Source: Candidatus Rifleibacteriota bacterium | GTDB taxonomy: Bacteria > Muiribacteriota > Ozemobacteria > Ozemobacterales > Ozemobacteraceae | Length of the DNA: 64,000 nucleotides | Assembly (NCBI GenBank): GCA_012520995.1 | Contig: JAAYNI010000033.1 | Coordinates: 128,826 to 192,825, forward strand | Direction: 5' to 3' | In this document: piece by piece, positions 18,737 to 28,133 of the stretch | How positions within the stretch are numbered: position 1 is the stretch's first letter | Layout of the letters: each line of letters begins with the position of its first letter | Position numbers and translations under genes: made by a program | Notes under the pieces: model-generated | What the model was told of the DNA's origin: nothing | Database searches by the model: none | The model's input: only the letters and a program-made list of their open reading frames with translations

Positions 18737-18843
18737 TTATTCCCTCCTTATTTTACAAATGTACAAACAGAGTATAGGAAAAAAAAAAATCTATGGCAAC
18801 TTGAAAAGCAAATTAGGATTTAATTCTTGTTTAGTTTTATGAA

Positions 18844-20745
18844 TTAGAAGAGTTTTCCCCCAGTTATTTTTTTTATTTCTCCAGTCCAAAGTGAGAGTTG
18901 CCCGTTAAAATCAGCAAGCATGTTCAATGATTGACAATCATTGGTAATATCGAATTTTTTTATTTTATAAAAATTTAAAAAATTCAAAAAAGCGGCGGCA
19001 CTTTCCTTAGGCTCTCCTGAAAAATATACCTGATTTGCTCCTTGATATGGATAGGGAAAGAATCTAGTGCTAAAAGTTCTAGTGGCTTGTTTAATAGTTT
19101 CTGGCAAATCCAAACCCAATATCCAGAGATTTTGGTATTTATCCTGATAAAGTTGGTTTTTTCCGTTTAGACCTGCATCATAGATATTCGCATCTTGGCG
19201 AAGCAGATTTTTGAAAACATAGAGATATTTTAAATCCAATTTTTGTGACTCAATTTCGGATATTGAAGCACTGCTAGTTACTTGTGATGAAATAGGATGG
19301 GGTGAAAGGTATGCCGAGAAAAAGGTTGTAAGATCAGTTATATTAGCGGCATAACTGAAAATCGACAAATGCCCGTCTAAATATAAAAACCTGTTTTCAT
19401 GATTGAAAGCAATGAGTCGCAAAGTATTTCTTGACTGAATTGTCTGTGCACGATCTTCAACTACGGAAAAGGTTGCGGGATCAAGTCTGTATGCTCGAAT
19501 TACAGAGCCTCTGAAGTCAAAGTCGTCAAAAAGATGTCTGTCACGGGATTGTCCTTCCACTTCAACGAAGGCGAATGAGGTTTCATCTTCTGACCAAATG
19601 AACTCAACTATTGTATTTCTTACAGAGATCAGAAAAGGCAGTACGCGCATTTTTTTCAAGTCAATCAAATGGACGGCATTGGCTGAAGTAAATGCTGCAT
19701 AGGAACCTTGAGGTGATATAAGAGGCCATGCGTAAAGAGCTGCTTCTGGAAGTTTGGCAAAGTTTGCGTCAGAGAGTTTTTGAGTTTCAGCGTTGTAGAC
19801 AAAGACACTTCGGGCTTCTGTTTTCGTATCCAAAGTCATACCGATTAGAAGAGGTTCTGTTGGTGACCATGCGTATTGCAAGAGTATTTTGTTTGATTTT
19901 GAGGCAAAGATATCTTGCGGAACGTATTTTTCCAGGTCGTAAACTTTTGGTTTAAGAGCATCTGTGAAGGCCAGATATCTTTTGTTGGCTGAGAGTTGGA
20001 GGTTTGCGTAGTCTGAGTCGGCATTTCCCAGAAGAATTTCGCCTGAGGTTATGTCGGAAGTCTTAGATAAAAGAAAAATTTTATCTGTAAGCTTATCCGG
20101 GCGAACAGTTATAAAGTTGTTCTCGGCAATATGACAAAAGTCTTTTTCAGGCTCAAGAGAAGTTCTGCATAGTGAGAGGTTTTTAAGTTCCATGCGGGCA
20201 AGACTTTCAGCGAGTTTTTTCGGCGGTGAGACATCTTGAATGAGTGATAGAGCATCAACTGTTTCTATCAAAGCTGATAAGTCTACTTTTTCATGCTTTT
20301 GCAGGTGCCTGTTCACTGCTTGCAGCAAGCCGTTTAAACCGAGATCATAAATTTTGACATGATCAAGAGCCATGTCTTCTTGGCTAGGAGTTAATTCTGG
20401 AGCATAGACGATTTTAAGTGGTCTTTTAAGCTCAAGCTTGTTGAGTTTTATCAGATAATTTAAATAATTGTTTATCAGGTTGACCATTAGGTTTATGCGT
20501 GGCACTTCTTTGCGAAGTGGGTGTAAAGAGGCATATCCGCTTCTCATAGGCGCATAAAAATGAAACTCTGTTGTTTCGGCTATGAATTTTATTGCAGTAT
20601 CTTGAGTTTTTTGAGCCAAAACAGGGGATGGCAGGAATAACAATAAGAAAAGGAAAGAAAAAATAACAGAAAAGGTGAGGTTCTTAAGGTAAGTGAAACT
20701 TCTTTTTAAATTGAGATATTCTGTTATGGGTTTTAAGAGATTCAA
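18844..20745 (-). CDS. hypothetical secreted beta-propeller-like protein
   Basis: 633 aa. N-terminal signal or anchor. Repeated beta-strand-rich segments (WSPTEPLLIGMT...YAWPLISPQGSYAAFTS...EFIWSEDETSFAFVEV) resemble TolB/WD40-like blades. The stop overlaps the ispG start. Confidence 0.45.
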   Translation of the reverse strand: MNLLKPITEYLNLKRSFTYLKNLTFSVIFSFLFLLLFLPSPVLAQKTQDTAIKFIAETTEFHFYAPMRSGYASLHPLRKEVPRINLMVNLINNYLNYLIKLNKLELKRPLKIVYAPELTPSQEDMALDHVKIYDLGLNGLLQAVNRHLQKHEKVDLSALIETVDALSLIQDVSPPKKLAESLARMELKNLSLCRTSLEPEKDFCHIAENNFITVRPDKLTDKIFLLSKTSDITSGEILLGNADSDYANLQLSANKRYLAFTDALKPKVYDLEKYVPQDIFASKSNKILLQYAWSPTEPLLIGMTLDTKTEARSVFVYNAETQKLSDANFAKLPEAALYAWPLISPQGSYAAFTSANAVHLIDLKKMRVLPFLISVRNTIVEFIWSEDETSFAFVEVEGQSRDRHLFDDFDFRGSVIRAYRLDPATFSVVEDRAQTIQSRNTLRLIAFNHENRFLYLDGHLSIFSYAANITDLTTFFSAYLSPHPISSQVTSSASISEIESQKLDLKYLYVFKNLLRQDANIYDAGLNGKNQLYQDKYQNLWILGLDLPETIKQATRTFSTRFFPYPYQGANQVYFSGEPKESAAAFLNFLNFYKIKKFDITNDCQSLNMLADFNGQLSLWTGEIKKITGGKLF

Positions 20746-21800
20746 AAGGTATGTTCCTTGCGTATTTCTTCTACCAGAGCTTCTACAAGCTCAGAGCTTT
20801 TCAGAGTTTTTAATATTTTTCCTTTTTTGAAAATCAGTCCGGAGTCTTTTGCTCCTGCTATTCCATAGTCTGCTTGGGCAGCCTCGCCCGGACCATTTAC
20901 CGCACAGCCCATTACTGCTACTCTGATGTTTGCCGTAAGGCCTTTGAGAGCCTTTTTGACTTCATTTGCCATTTCTATAAGAGGAACTTGAGTTCTTCCG
21001 CATGTTGGGCACGACACTATTACAGGGCCTGATTCTCTGAGGCCTGTCGCTTTAAGAATATTTATGCCGGTTTCTATTTCTGCCGCGGAATCTCCTGTTA
21101 GAGAGACTCTTATGGTATCTCCTATTCCGTCAAGCAACAGAGATCCTATCCCTATGGAGGATCTTATGATGCCTTCTTCGGGAAGTCCTGATTCGGTAAC
21201 TCCTAAATGCATCGGATAAGGAGTTCTTTCAGCCACTATTTTGGCGGCTTGTCTCATAATATCTATATCAAAGGCTTTTACAGCTATTTTAATCATGGAG
21301 AAGTTACAGGCTTCTAAAAAGGCGGTTTCACGCAAAGCTGACTCTGCCAAAGCTTCAGGGGTTACTCCGCCGTGTTTTGCTGCTATCTCGGGATCGAGTG
21401 ATCCTGCGTTTACACCTACTCTTATAGGTATGCCTTTGTCTTTGCAAGCAGCGGCTACTTCTCGTATTTTGTCTTGGCTTCTGATGTTGCCGGGATTGAG
21501 CCGGAGTGCATCCGCACCCATTTCAACCGCAGCTAAAGCTAAAAGATGGTCGAAATGTATGTCAGCTATTACAGGGATAGGGGAATCTTCGGTAATTGCT
21601 TTTAATGCGTGAGCTGCATCCATATCGGGAACCGCGAGTCTTATTATGTCGCAGCCGCATAAAGCGAGACGTTTTATTTCGGCAATTGTGGCTTTGCTGT
21701 CGGATGTTCTTGTTTTAGTCATGGTTTGAACAGTCACGGGTGCTAAACCGCCAACAGGAGTAGTGCCTACGAAAATCTGTTTGCTGTTTCTTCTTATCAC
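20742..21800 (-). CDS. ispG: 4-hydroxy-3-methylbut-2-en-1-yl diphosphate synthase (flavodoxin), IspG/GcpE
   Basis: GCDIIRLAVPD, IPVIADIHFD, LRLNPGNI, and the C-terminal CPTCGRT...VMGCAVNGPGEA Fe-S cysteines. Confidence 0.9.
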   Translation of the reverse strand: MIRRNSKQIFVGTTPVGGLAPVTVQTMTKTRTSDSKATIAEIKRLALCGCDIIRLAVPDMDAAHALKAITEDSPIPVIADIHFDHLLALAAVEMGADALRLNPGNIRSQDKIREVAAACKDKGIPIRVGVNAGSLDPEIAAKHGGVTPEALAESALRETAFLEACNFSMIKIAVKAFDIDIMRQAAKIVAERTPYPMHLGVTESGLPEEGIIRSSIGIGSLLLDGIGDTIRVSLTGDSAAEIETGINILKATGLRESGPVIVSCPTCGRTQVPLIEMANEVKKALKGLTANIRVAVMGCAVNGPGEAAQADYGIAGAKDSGLIFKKGKILKTLKSSELVEALVEEIRKEHTF

Positions 21801-22420
21801 GATCTGAACTTCCAGTTTGGCTGACGTGTGCGGGATTCTGCGGGTCTAGGTATCACAGAAGTCTCAAGTTCGGCTGTTTCGCCTTTTACCGTGACTTTCA
21901 GTTTTACTTTTACCAAGGATATAAATTCCCGTTGCCATGAGTCGTTTTGTTCACTTCTGAATGGATAGAGATACCATCCTGAATCTGTTTCTTCTGTTGA
22001 GCCTTTCCAGTAAGCTCTGAAAGCGTTTTCTTCAATGTCATCGCATGTTATAAGGGGTTCCGGTTTACCCTTGTCTTCTGTTCGCCATAGAATAGCTCTT
22101 TTTCTGTCTGAGTCTTTTTCTATGTCATAAGTGACTGTAACAAGAGAGCTGTCTCCCAATTCGAAGGGAGGGCGATTCTTGTAAGTTGAAAGCTTGAGCT
22201 GTTCAGGAGTTAGAGAGAGTATTGCTTTTGAGTTGCGGATATCTTCAGTTATAATTTCCATCTTATTGCGCAGGTCAGAGGAAATAAAAAGACTTGAGGC
22301 TCCTTTGTTTACCTGCATTGAGCCAGAGGCATGGAACAAATAGACGATTCCGCCGACTAAAACTGTCAAAGCCATGGCTACTAAGATTTCTATTAGAGTG
22401 AAGGCTGTTTGTTTTCTCAT
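21797..22420 (-). CDS. prepilin-type N-terminal cleavage/methylation domain protein (type IV pilin/T2SS pseudopilin-like)
   Basis: MRKQTAFTLIEILVAMALTVLVGG is the class III signal peptide with G/F-T-L-I-E. Confidence 0.7.
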   Translation of the reverse strand: MRKQTAFTLIEILVAMALTVLVGGIVYLFHASGSMQVNKGASSLFISSDLRNKMEIITEDIRNSKAILSLTPEQLKLSTYKNRPPFELGDSSLVTVTYDIEKDSDRKRAILWRTEDKGKPEPLITCDDIEENAFRAYWKGSTEETDSGWYLYPFRSEQNDSWQREFISLVKVKLKVTVKGETAELETSVIPRPAESRTRQPNWKFRS

Positions 22421-23019
22421 TATTTGTCCGTTCCTATGTATGTTGCAAGTTCAGCCTGAAGTTTATTGTCCTTGTCATACACGAATACATGGACTTTTTT
22501 TAATCTGTTGGCAGTGGCGGTAAACTGCGATGTGGTTACAGGCGTAACTTTCATTACTCTTCGTATGCCTGCGTATTGGCTGGGATAAAGCTCCAGCTTA
22601 GCAAAGGCTCGTTCTTTGTATTTGGGGCTCAAACGACTGTATATGCCGTTTAGCTCGGAACTCTTTTTCAGGTCATCTTCCGTGAAGACATCAGTGAAAT
22701 ACTGCAGAAAGACTTCTTCGCTGTAAAAAGCTTCTTCATGATCTCCGACAGCTTCCTTGTAAATGTCTCTGTAATTTTCATAGTCAGATTTGAGCAGGTG
22801 GTAAGGAGTTATTGCAGCCTGTTCCATTTTTTCTCTGGCTAAATTGTAAGCCAAAATTTGTTCTTTGTTTTCAATTGAACCTTTTACTCCGAAAGTAAAC
22901 ATGCGGATGAAAGGGGTGGCAATTAAAGCCATAATAAATAAGGAAACCAAGATTTCAACCAAAGTGAAGGCTCTCGATTTTCTTAAGTTAGTTTTTTTAT
23001 AGGTTTTTGTTGTTCGCAT
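22420..23019 (-). CDS. prepilin-type N-terminal cleavage/methylation domain protein (pseudopilin-like)
   Basis: KSRAFTLVEILVSLFIMALIATPFI is the prepilin signature after a basic leader. Confidence 0.7.
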   Translation of the reverse strand: MRTTKTYKKTNLRKSRAFTLVEILVSLFIMALIATPFIRMFTFGVKGSIENKEQILAYNLAREKMEQAAITPYHLLKSDYENYRDIYKEAVGDHEEAFYSEEVFLQYFTDVFTEDDLKKSSELNGIYSRLSPKYKERAFAKLELYPSQYAGIRRVMKVTPVTTSQFTATANRLKKVHVFVYDKDNKLQAELATYIGTDK

Positions 23020-23081
23020 GCAATAATCCGCTGAAATTAAGGTTAGTAGAATATATCATTTTATTAAATTACAAGTCTATG

Positions 23082-23645
23082 TTAAAGCTTGTATATAAGA
23101 GCTATTAGACCGATTACTACAAGAACAGCTGTTATGCTGGTTGTTATCGGATTCATGTTAAAGTTGTAGATTATGCGCTCTTTTACGGTTGGGACATAGG
23201 TTATCCAACGCTCAAGATTTTTTGAGTGCACATCATATTCCGGTATGGAGAGATATTTTGTGTTAATTTTTGCAAGCATTCTGTGTTCTCTATAACGGAA
23301 AGACAAGTTTTTGTCGCCCTCTAAAACTCCGTGAAGATTACAGCACCATTGCCAATCGCTTTTGTTGTTGGCAACATAGCTGTAGCCGCAGTTGGGGGTA
23401 ACTGGTTTGAAGTCATTGCCAAGAATTTCCATGAATTTCATATCTTCAGATATTTTTTCTAAGGGGCTCCACTGAAGAATAAACAGGGTTGAAAAAGGAT
23501 TTTGTTGCTGAAACTGCTCTGTGGAGGCGTTTAGTTTTTTTAAGTTTTCTCTACAAAGCCTTGTGAGCTCTTTGCCTGTGTCTTTAGCGCAAAGATCGGC
23601 AGGAAACATAAAGATGGAAGCTAACAGTATCCAGATGATTTTCAT
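23082..23645 (-). CDS. hypothetical secreted Cys-containing protein with C-terminal TM anchor
   Basis: 187 aa. Signal peptide MKIIWILLASIFMFPADLCA. Cysteines at CGYSY / WQWCCNLHG. C-terminal hydrophobic ITTSITAVLVVIGLIALIYKL. Confidence 0.45.
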   Translation of the reverse strand: MKIIWILLASIFMFPADLCAKDTGKELTRLCRENLKKLNASTEQFQQQNPFSTLFILQWSPLEKISEDMKFMEILGNDFKPVTPNCGYSYVANNKSDWQWCCNLHGVLEGDKNLSFRYREHRMLAKINTKYLSIPEYDVHSKNLERWITYVPTVKERIIYNFNMNPITTSITAVLVVIGLIALIYKL

Positions 23646-23721
23646 GTTTTCAGTCCTGATTGTACAGAAATTTTAGAGAAAATTCTTTGCATAGTCAAAT
23701 TAACACAAAAAGCTGGCTTTG

Positions 23722-25575
23722 TCATTTGTGCATAGGAGCAGGAAGAAGAATTTTTCCTGAGACATAAGTATTGTCTTCAGAGTCGCTTGTTTCAACAATA
23801 AGAAGGATTTTATCTTTGTTGGAGATTTCATTCAACTCTTCGGAAACGAAGGTTATAAGGCCGTCTTCTTCGCGTCCAGGAATTTCTTTTGTGTTTAGTA
23901 CCTCTATATTTTTTAGGGAAATAGCGTGAAGCTTTAAAGAGAGAAAGATATTGCTGGGATTATTTGTAACTATTTCAGCTTTTATTCTGCTTGGCTCTTG
24001 TTTTTGTTCAGGCTTTGATAGGGCATCATTTTTTGAGCTGGAATTAGAAGCTTTGGATTTTTCTGTCATATTAAAGTGGCTGAATCTGGAAGTTCTGCTT
24101 TTTTGTTGTATTTTCTTATTTTCTCTTTTTATTTTGCCTCGTTCAAAAACAGCTGTTAAAAGTGCGGGTTTATTTATGAAGGTTTGAATGTATGAGTTTG
24201 TGCCGAATGTTGCTGCGGTAATATTTTTTTGTCGGGCTAATTTGTCGGAAAAGTGAGAAGCTAAAAGCCAAGCAGCTCTGTCTTCTTGGAGTGGTGTGAG
24301 CTGTTTTGGTATGATTTCGTTAAGCATTGTTTTTTCAAAGGCCATTTGTGAAATTTCGTTGCATCTTATGCCGGATTCTAACATGTAGATCAAGCTCGAA
24401 ATTCTGTGTTTATGGGAGAGATGCCCTTTGCCCTCAAAGGATTTGAATATTTTATAAGCTTCTTTTATGTCGCCGTCAGCATACAGTTTGACTCCTTCAT
24501 AAAGCCGAGGTTCGCTGTTAGTCAGTCTTAAAAAAGACTCTGAAGCGGAGGCGTATTCTTTATCGGAATAGATACTGGGAATTTTTTTTAATATGCCGTT
24601 TGCGACTTTTGCTTCTGCAGAATATTCAGAGGCTTTCTTCGGGTCTTTGGTAATTTTGGAAAGTTGCGTATAGACTCCTTCTAAAAGCCATATTGCATCA
24701 GCAACATAGGGATAGTCGCTTTCGGGAATTATTTTGAATATTCCGAGCATTTCTGAAGCTTCTTCAAGATGTCCCATGAGAGCTGTAATCAGGGCTTTTT
24801 TGTGATGCCATTCAAAGTCTTCTTTGTGAGTTGAACCAGCTATAGGAGAAAGTGGTTTAAAGTCGTATTGGCTGATAATTTCAAAGGCTTCACCCTGTTC
24901 GCCCCCATAGGCAAGAGTTTCAGCGAGGCGAAGCAAGACTTTCCTTTTGTTTTGTTTTTCGCCGTAAAGCATAAAAGAGGCCTCAAAAGTTGGAGCCATA
25001 GCTATACATCTTCTAAAAGACATTATGGCGTCGTAAAGGCTGCTTTCGCGATCTGAGCCGCTTTGAGTGAGCATTTTAATTGAAGAGTATATGCCTGTGA
25101 TGTAGTTAAGGTCGCCCGTAAGGGATTTGGTTGCAAAGGTGGAGTTACATTTTCTCAGCCATTTTTTAGCCTCTCGCAGGCATTGTCTGGTTGGCTCCAA
25201 GTCAGGAGGGGGAGTGGAAAATGCTGTTTTCTTTGGTTTTAGGAGAGTGTTTTTATACTCTTTTTCAGCCTTTAAAGTATTCATCAAACACAAAAGCATA
25301 CGGGAGGCATCTATTGTGGCAGTTTTTTTTGCCTTTTTTTCGGCATTTTCAAGAACTCTGATTATTTCATTTATGTCTCTTACATCTGTTGTTGTGCCTT
25401 CTAAAACGGCGATTTGCTCCAAAGAGGAGTTCAGGTATTGCTCAGGGGTTATGGAGACGAGAGCGTCTCCGCCTGTGCACCCTATTGTCAAAAAGACTGA
25501 GAAGATTATAAGGGATAAGAAGGCAAAAAGGGGGTTAATGGAAAAGGAGCGGATTTTTGTAAGTAAGCTTTTCAT
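23722..25575 (-). CDS. hypothetical lipoprotein-like TPR/helical-repeat protein
   Basis: Start preferred at MKSLLTKIRSF... (signal peptide with LTIGC lipobox-like cysteine); the ORF track gives 25641. Long alpha-helical repeat body. Confidence 0.5.
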   Translation of the reverse strand: MKSLLTKIRSFSINPLFAFLSLIIFSVFLTIGCTGGDALVSITPEQYLNSSLEQIAVLEGTTTDVRDINEIIRVLENAEKKAKKTATIDASRMLLCLMNTLKAEKEYKNTLLKPKKTAFSTPPPDLEPTRQCLREAKKWLRKCNSTFATKSLTGDLNYITGIYSSIKMLTQSGSDRESSLYDAIMSFRRCIAMAPTFEASFMLYGEKQNKRKVLLRLAETLAYGGEQGEAFEIISQYDFKPLSPIAGSTHKEDFEWHHKKALITALMGHLEEASEMLGIFKIIPESDYPYVADAIWLLEGVYTQLSKITKDPKKASEYSAEAKVANGILKKIPSIYSDKEYASASESFLRLTNSEPRLYEGVKLYADGDIKEAYKIFKSFEGKGHLSHKHRISSLIYMLESGIRCNEISQMAFEKTMLNEIIPKQLTPLQEDRAAWLLASHFSDKLARQKNITAATFGTNSYIQTFINKPALLTAVFERGKIKRENKKIQQKSRTSRFSHFNMTEKSKASNSSSKNDALSKPEQKQEPSRIKAEIVTNNPSNIFLSLKLHAISLKNIEVLNTKEIPGREEDGLITFVSEELNEISNKDKILLIVETSDSEDNTYVSGKILLPAPMHK

Positions 25576-25600
25576 CAGATTCTTTCTTTTGTCAATGAAA

Positions 25601-27994
25601 TCAAATGTCTTTGAGCCTGATTTTGACTCTTCCTTTGTCATAGGTCGCGTTTTGCGGCTTATCGTAAAATGTGATGTAGTTTTGATTGATAAGGCTTTTG
25701 ATAAGATCTTCTACTTTGCCGAATCGGTATTTGTCATCAGCGAATTTTGGACCCATTTCTATGAACTTGTTGTCTTCAATAAAGAATAGATATTGTATGA
25801 CTGAATATATGCCTTCTGGGGCGTCTCTGTTTTTGTCCAGATATATATTGACTACGTCAACCTTGGGAATTCTAGTGGGGTCTTTGCCCATCTCTTCTGC
25901 TTTTTGCTGGAGCTGTGCAGTTAGTTCTTTTGTGTCTTCCCAGTCCTTAGCTTGAACCATGGCGCAGTCTAAGTCGTATTCAAGATCGCCTGAGCCTTTG
26001 GCATGGTAAAGCGAGGGGCGTTCTTTTGAGTCGTTGGAGTCTATTTGGCAACCTTCTTTAGACAGAGAGCTGATAGCCATTATAGGATTGTTTAGTTCGA
26101 TGCAAAGAGCTTTCAGCTCTGTTGAAATCTCTTCTATCTTGAACTTTTCGTCCATGTAGTTTCTTGAAAGAGGCATTTTTTGGATGTAGTCGACAAAGAT
26201 CATTATATCTTCAGTGCCAAAGTCCTCCATGGTGTTGTAAGCGTAAGACCTGATTTTGTCTACGGTGTCTTCCTTGGTGGCTTCAATTATATAGAAGTAG
26301 TCCATGTATTCTTGGATTTTGCTTAGTCCGCTTTGGAATTTGGCATCTACTACGTAATTGGAACGGATTTTTTTTCTTTGTAGAAATCCAGGGTTTAACC
26401 GGCTTTCTTTAGCCAAAATTCTGTAGGCAAGGTTCTTTTTGGTTTGTTCATAGGTGAAAAAGAGAACTGGAATTTTATTCAATGTCGCTACTCTTGTAGC
26501 CATTTCTAAGGTGAAAGTTGTTTTGCCTCGTCTCGGAGCGCCAGCTATTGCATACATGAATCCTTTTCTGAAGCCGGAGAGCGCTTTGTTGAGATAATCC
26601 ATGGGTGAAAAAGAATAGCCTAGAATTTCTATTTCTCCGCGTTCTTCTCTTTCGTTTACGTCATCAATTATTTCAAAGAGTTCTTCTCTTATGAGGTTGA
26701 TGCGTTTGCTTTCTTGAGCTTTTTGGACATCCCTGACACTCCTGAGGATTTCGCCTGCAAAAAGATTTATTGGTGTTTCAGAAGAGGCTTTCGGATCTTC
26801 AATGTAGTTGTCTATCCGATTGCTGATTTCTTTCAGCTTTCTTTTGAGAGCTTGTTTTTTTAGTATGTTTACATAGGCGCCTATTTCCGAGCTGGGTATA
26901 GGATCGGCATTGGTTATTTCTTCAATAAGCTCAATAGAGTCGTTGTTTAGCAGTTCTGCGCGTTTCAGAATGTTCTTGAGAACAACCTTGTCTAATGAAG
27001 AGGGTTGTTTTGTTTCTTTTCTCAGCATGACAATAGCTTTGAACATTGCTCTGAAAAGATGAGTGGAAAAAAAATCTTCTCCGAAGCCTTCAGAACGCAA
27101 TGTTCTGAGAAGATCAAAGTTTTGTCTTAGAGAAGCTAATACTGCTGTTTCAATTTCTTTGTCTCCTAAGCCGGTAACTTTGGAGCGGAAAGCATCTGAA
27201 GAAGAGCCAAGTATATTGCTTTGTTTTTGTTCTTTGGCTTCGTCTCTGAGTTTTAGAATACGTTCAGAAGTGCCTTCACGCAAAACGGAGGATGAAAATC
27301 CTGTTTGGGGTTTCATGTTTAAGGTGTCTTGTAATGAAAAGCCCTTTGGTGTTTGTTGCAGCTCAATTTCTTTGAGTTCATCTTCAAAGCTTTTTTGTTG
27401 CGGTATTGCTTGCTGAGAAAGAGGTTGAAGCTCTTGGAGATCGGATGTGTTGTCTGTTAAATTGTTTTCCGGCGGAGGACTGAATTGGGGGGGCTGTGTT
27501 GCTTGAGGCTGCTGAAAGCTGGTGTTTGCTTGATAGTCATTTTGCGGTTGTTGCCATTCTTCAGGTTGAGCGGATGATTGATGATTGCCGGCGAATGGTT
27601 GTTGATAAGCGTTTTGTGGGTAGGCGGAGGGATTCTCAGGGCTGGCAAATTCTTGCTGGGCATAGGAATCAGCAGTTGATTGAGATTGGAAAGAGTTGTT
27701 TGCGGGATATGCGGGATATGCGGGATGGTTTCGTCCGTTTATAGGCTGTTGAGTGGATTGAGCAGCTGTTTCGGGTTGAGAGAGACTGTTTTGTGCAGGT
27801 TGTTCGCCTGCGGGCTGGACTTCAGCCAGCTGCTCTGTTTGAGATTCGGATACAGGTTTATTTTTGTTTCCTAAGAAGGAGCTCAAAGAAAATGGCTTGG
27901 GTTTATTCTGTTTTTTTTCCAAGCATTCTTGGCAATAGGCACCGGCAGGTATTTCAATTTTGCACATGAGGCACTTTGACATGTTTTCCTCCAA
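25601..27994 (-). CDS. dnaB: replicative DNA helicase DnaB with N-terminal zinc-ribbon and Q/P-rich low-complexity extension
   Basis: C-terminal RecA-like domain: AIAGAPRRGKTTFTLEMA (Walker A, matching E. coli DnaB ...GKTTFA...), PVLFFTYEQT, DYIQKMP (cf. DYLQLM). DnaB-N-like helical domain: ETAVLASLRQNFDLL...FFSTHLFRAMFKAIVML...IGAYVNILKK. N-terminal CLMCKIEIPAGAYCQEC, then about 170 aa rich in Q, P, N, S and A. Confidence 0.75.
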   Translation of the reverse strand: MEENMSKCLMCKIEIPAGAYCQECLEKKQNKPKPFSLSSFLGNKNKPVSESQTEQLAEVQPAGEQPAQNSLSQPETAAQSTQQPINGRNHPAYPAYPANNSFQSQSTADSYAQQEFASPENPSAYPQNAYQQPFAGNHQSSAQPEEWQQPQNDYQANTSFQQPQATQPPQFSPPPENNLTDNTSDLQELQPLSQQAIPQQKSFEDELKEIELQQTPKGFSLQDTLNMKPQTGFSSSVLREGTSERILKLRDEAKEQKQSNILGSSSDAFRSKVTGLGDKEIETAVLASLRQNFDLLRTLRSEGFGEDFFSTHLFRAMFKAIVMLRKETKQPSSLDKVVLKNILKRAELLNNDSIELIEEITNADPIPSSEIGAYVNILKKQALKRKLKEISNRIDNYIEDPKASSETPINLFAGEILRSVRDVQKAQESKRINLIREELFEIIDDVNEREERGEIEILGYSFSPMDYLNKALSGFRKGFMYAIAGAPRRGKTTFTLEMATRVATLNKIPVLFFTYEQTKKNLAYRILAKESRLNPGFLQRKKIRSNYVVDAKFQSGLSKIQEYMDYFYIIEATKEDTVDKIRSYAYNTMEDFGTEDIMIFVDYIQKMPLSRNYMDEKFKIEEISTELKALCIELNNPIMAISSLSKEGCQIDSNDSKERPSLYHAKGSGDLEYDLDCAMVQAKDWEDTKELTAQLQQKAEEMGKDPTRIPKVDVVNIYLDKNRDAPEGIYSVIQYLFFIEDNKFIEMGPKFADDKYRFGKVEDLIKSLINQNYITFYDKPQNATYDKGRVKIRLKDI
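27703..27729. repeat. tandem 9-bp repeat (GCGGGATAT x3) inside dnaB low-complexity region
   Basis: The 9-bp unit GCGGGATAT occurs three times in tandem from 27703 to 27729. It encodes (H)PAYPAYPA on the minus strand. Confidence 0.7.
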
Positions 27995-28057
27995 GTTAGA
28001 CGCTTATTGCTATATCTTATTGGGATTGTTCTTCTAATGCAACTTACTTTTCTAAAT

Positions 28058-28086
28058 GTTGACAAGATTTTCTCTTGTAAGTATTA
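28058..28086 (+). promoter_or_regulatory. sigma-70 consensus promoter for the bamA-skp-lpx operon
   Basis: TTGACA (28058-28063), 17-nt spacer, TATTAT (28081-28086). It lies about 45 nt upstream of the bamA ATG (28134). Confidence 0.45.
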
Positions 28087-28133
28087 TGGGCACATCCAGA
28101 TAACTTAGTAGCGAGGAATGTGAATAAGCCCTT

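Noticed and set aside
25127-25789. 220-aa plus-strand ORF
   Set aside because: It is antisense to the TPR lipoprotein and the dnaB 3' end. It has no motifs and a hydrophobic junk composition.
25601-27994. DnaB-like gene considered as phage or plasmid primase-helicase (gp4/Twinkle-like) because of the N-terminal zinc ribbon
   Set aside because: No TOPRIM/primase domain lies between the ribbon and the helicase. A DnaB-N helical domain is present. The flanking genes are housekeeping (bamA operon, ispG) with no integrase or phage genes. It is called chromosomal dnaB with an unusual extension.
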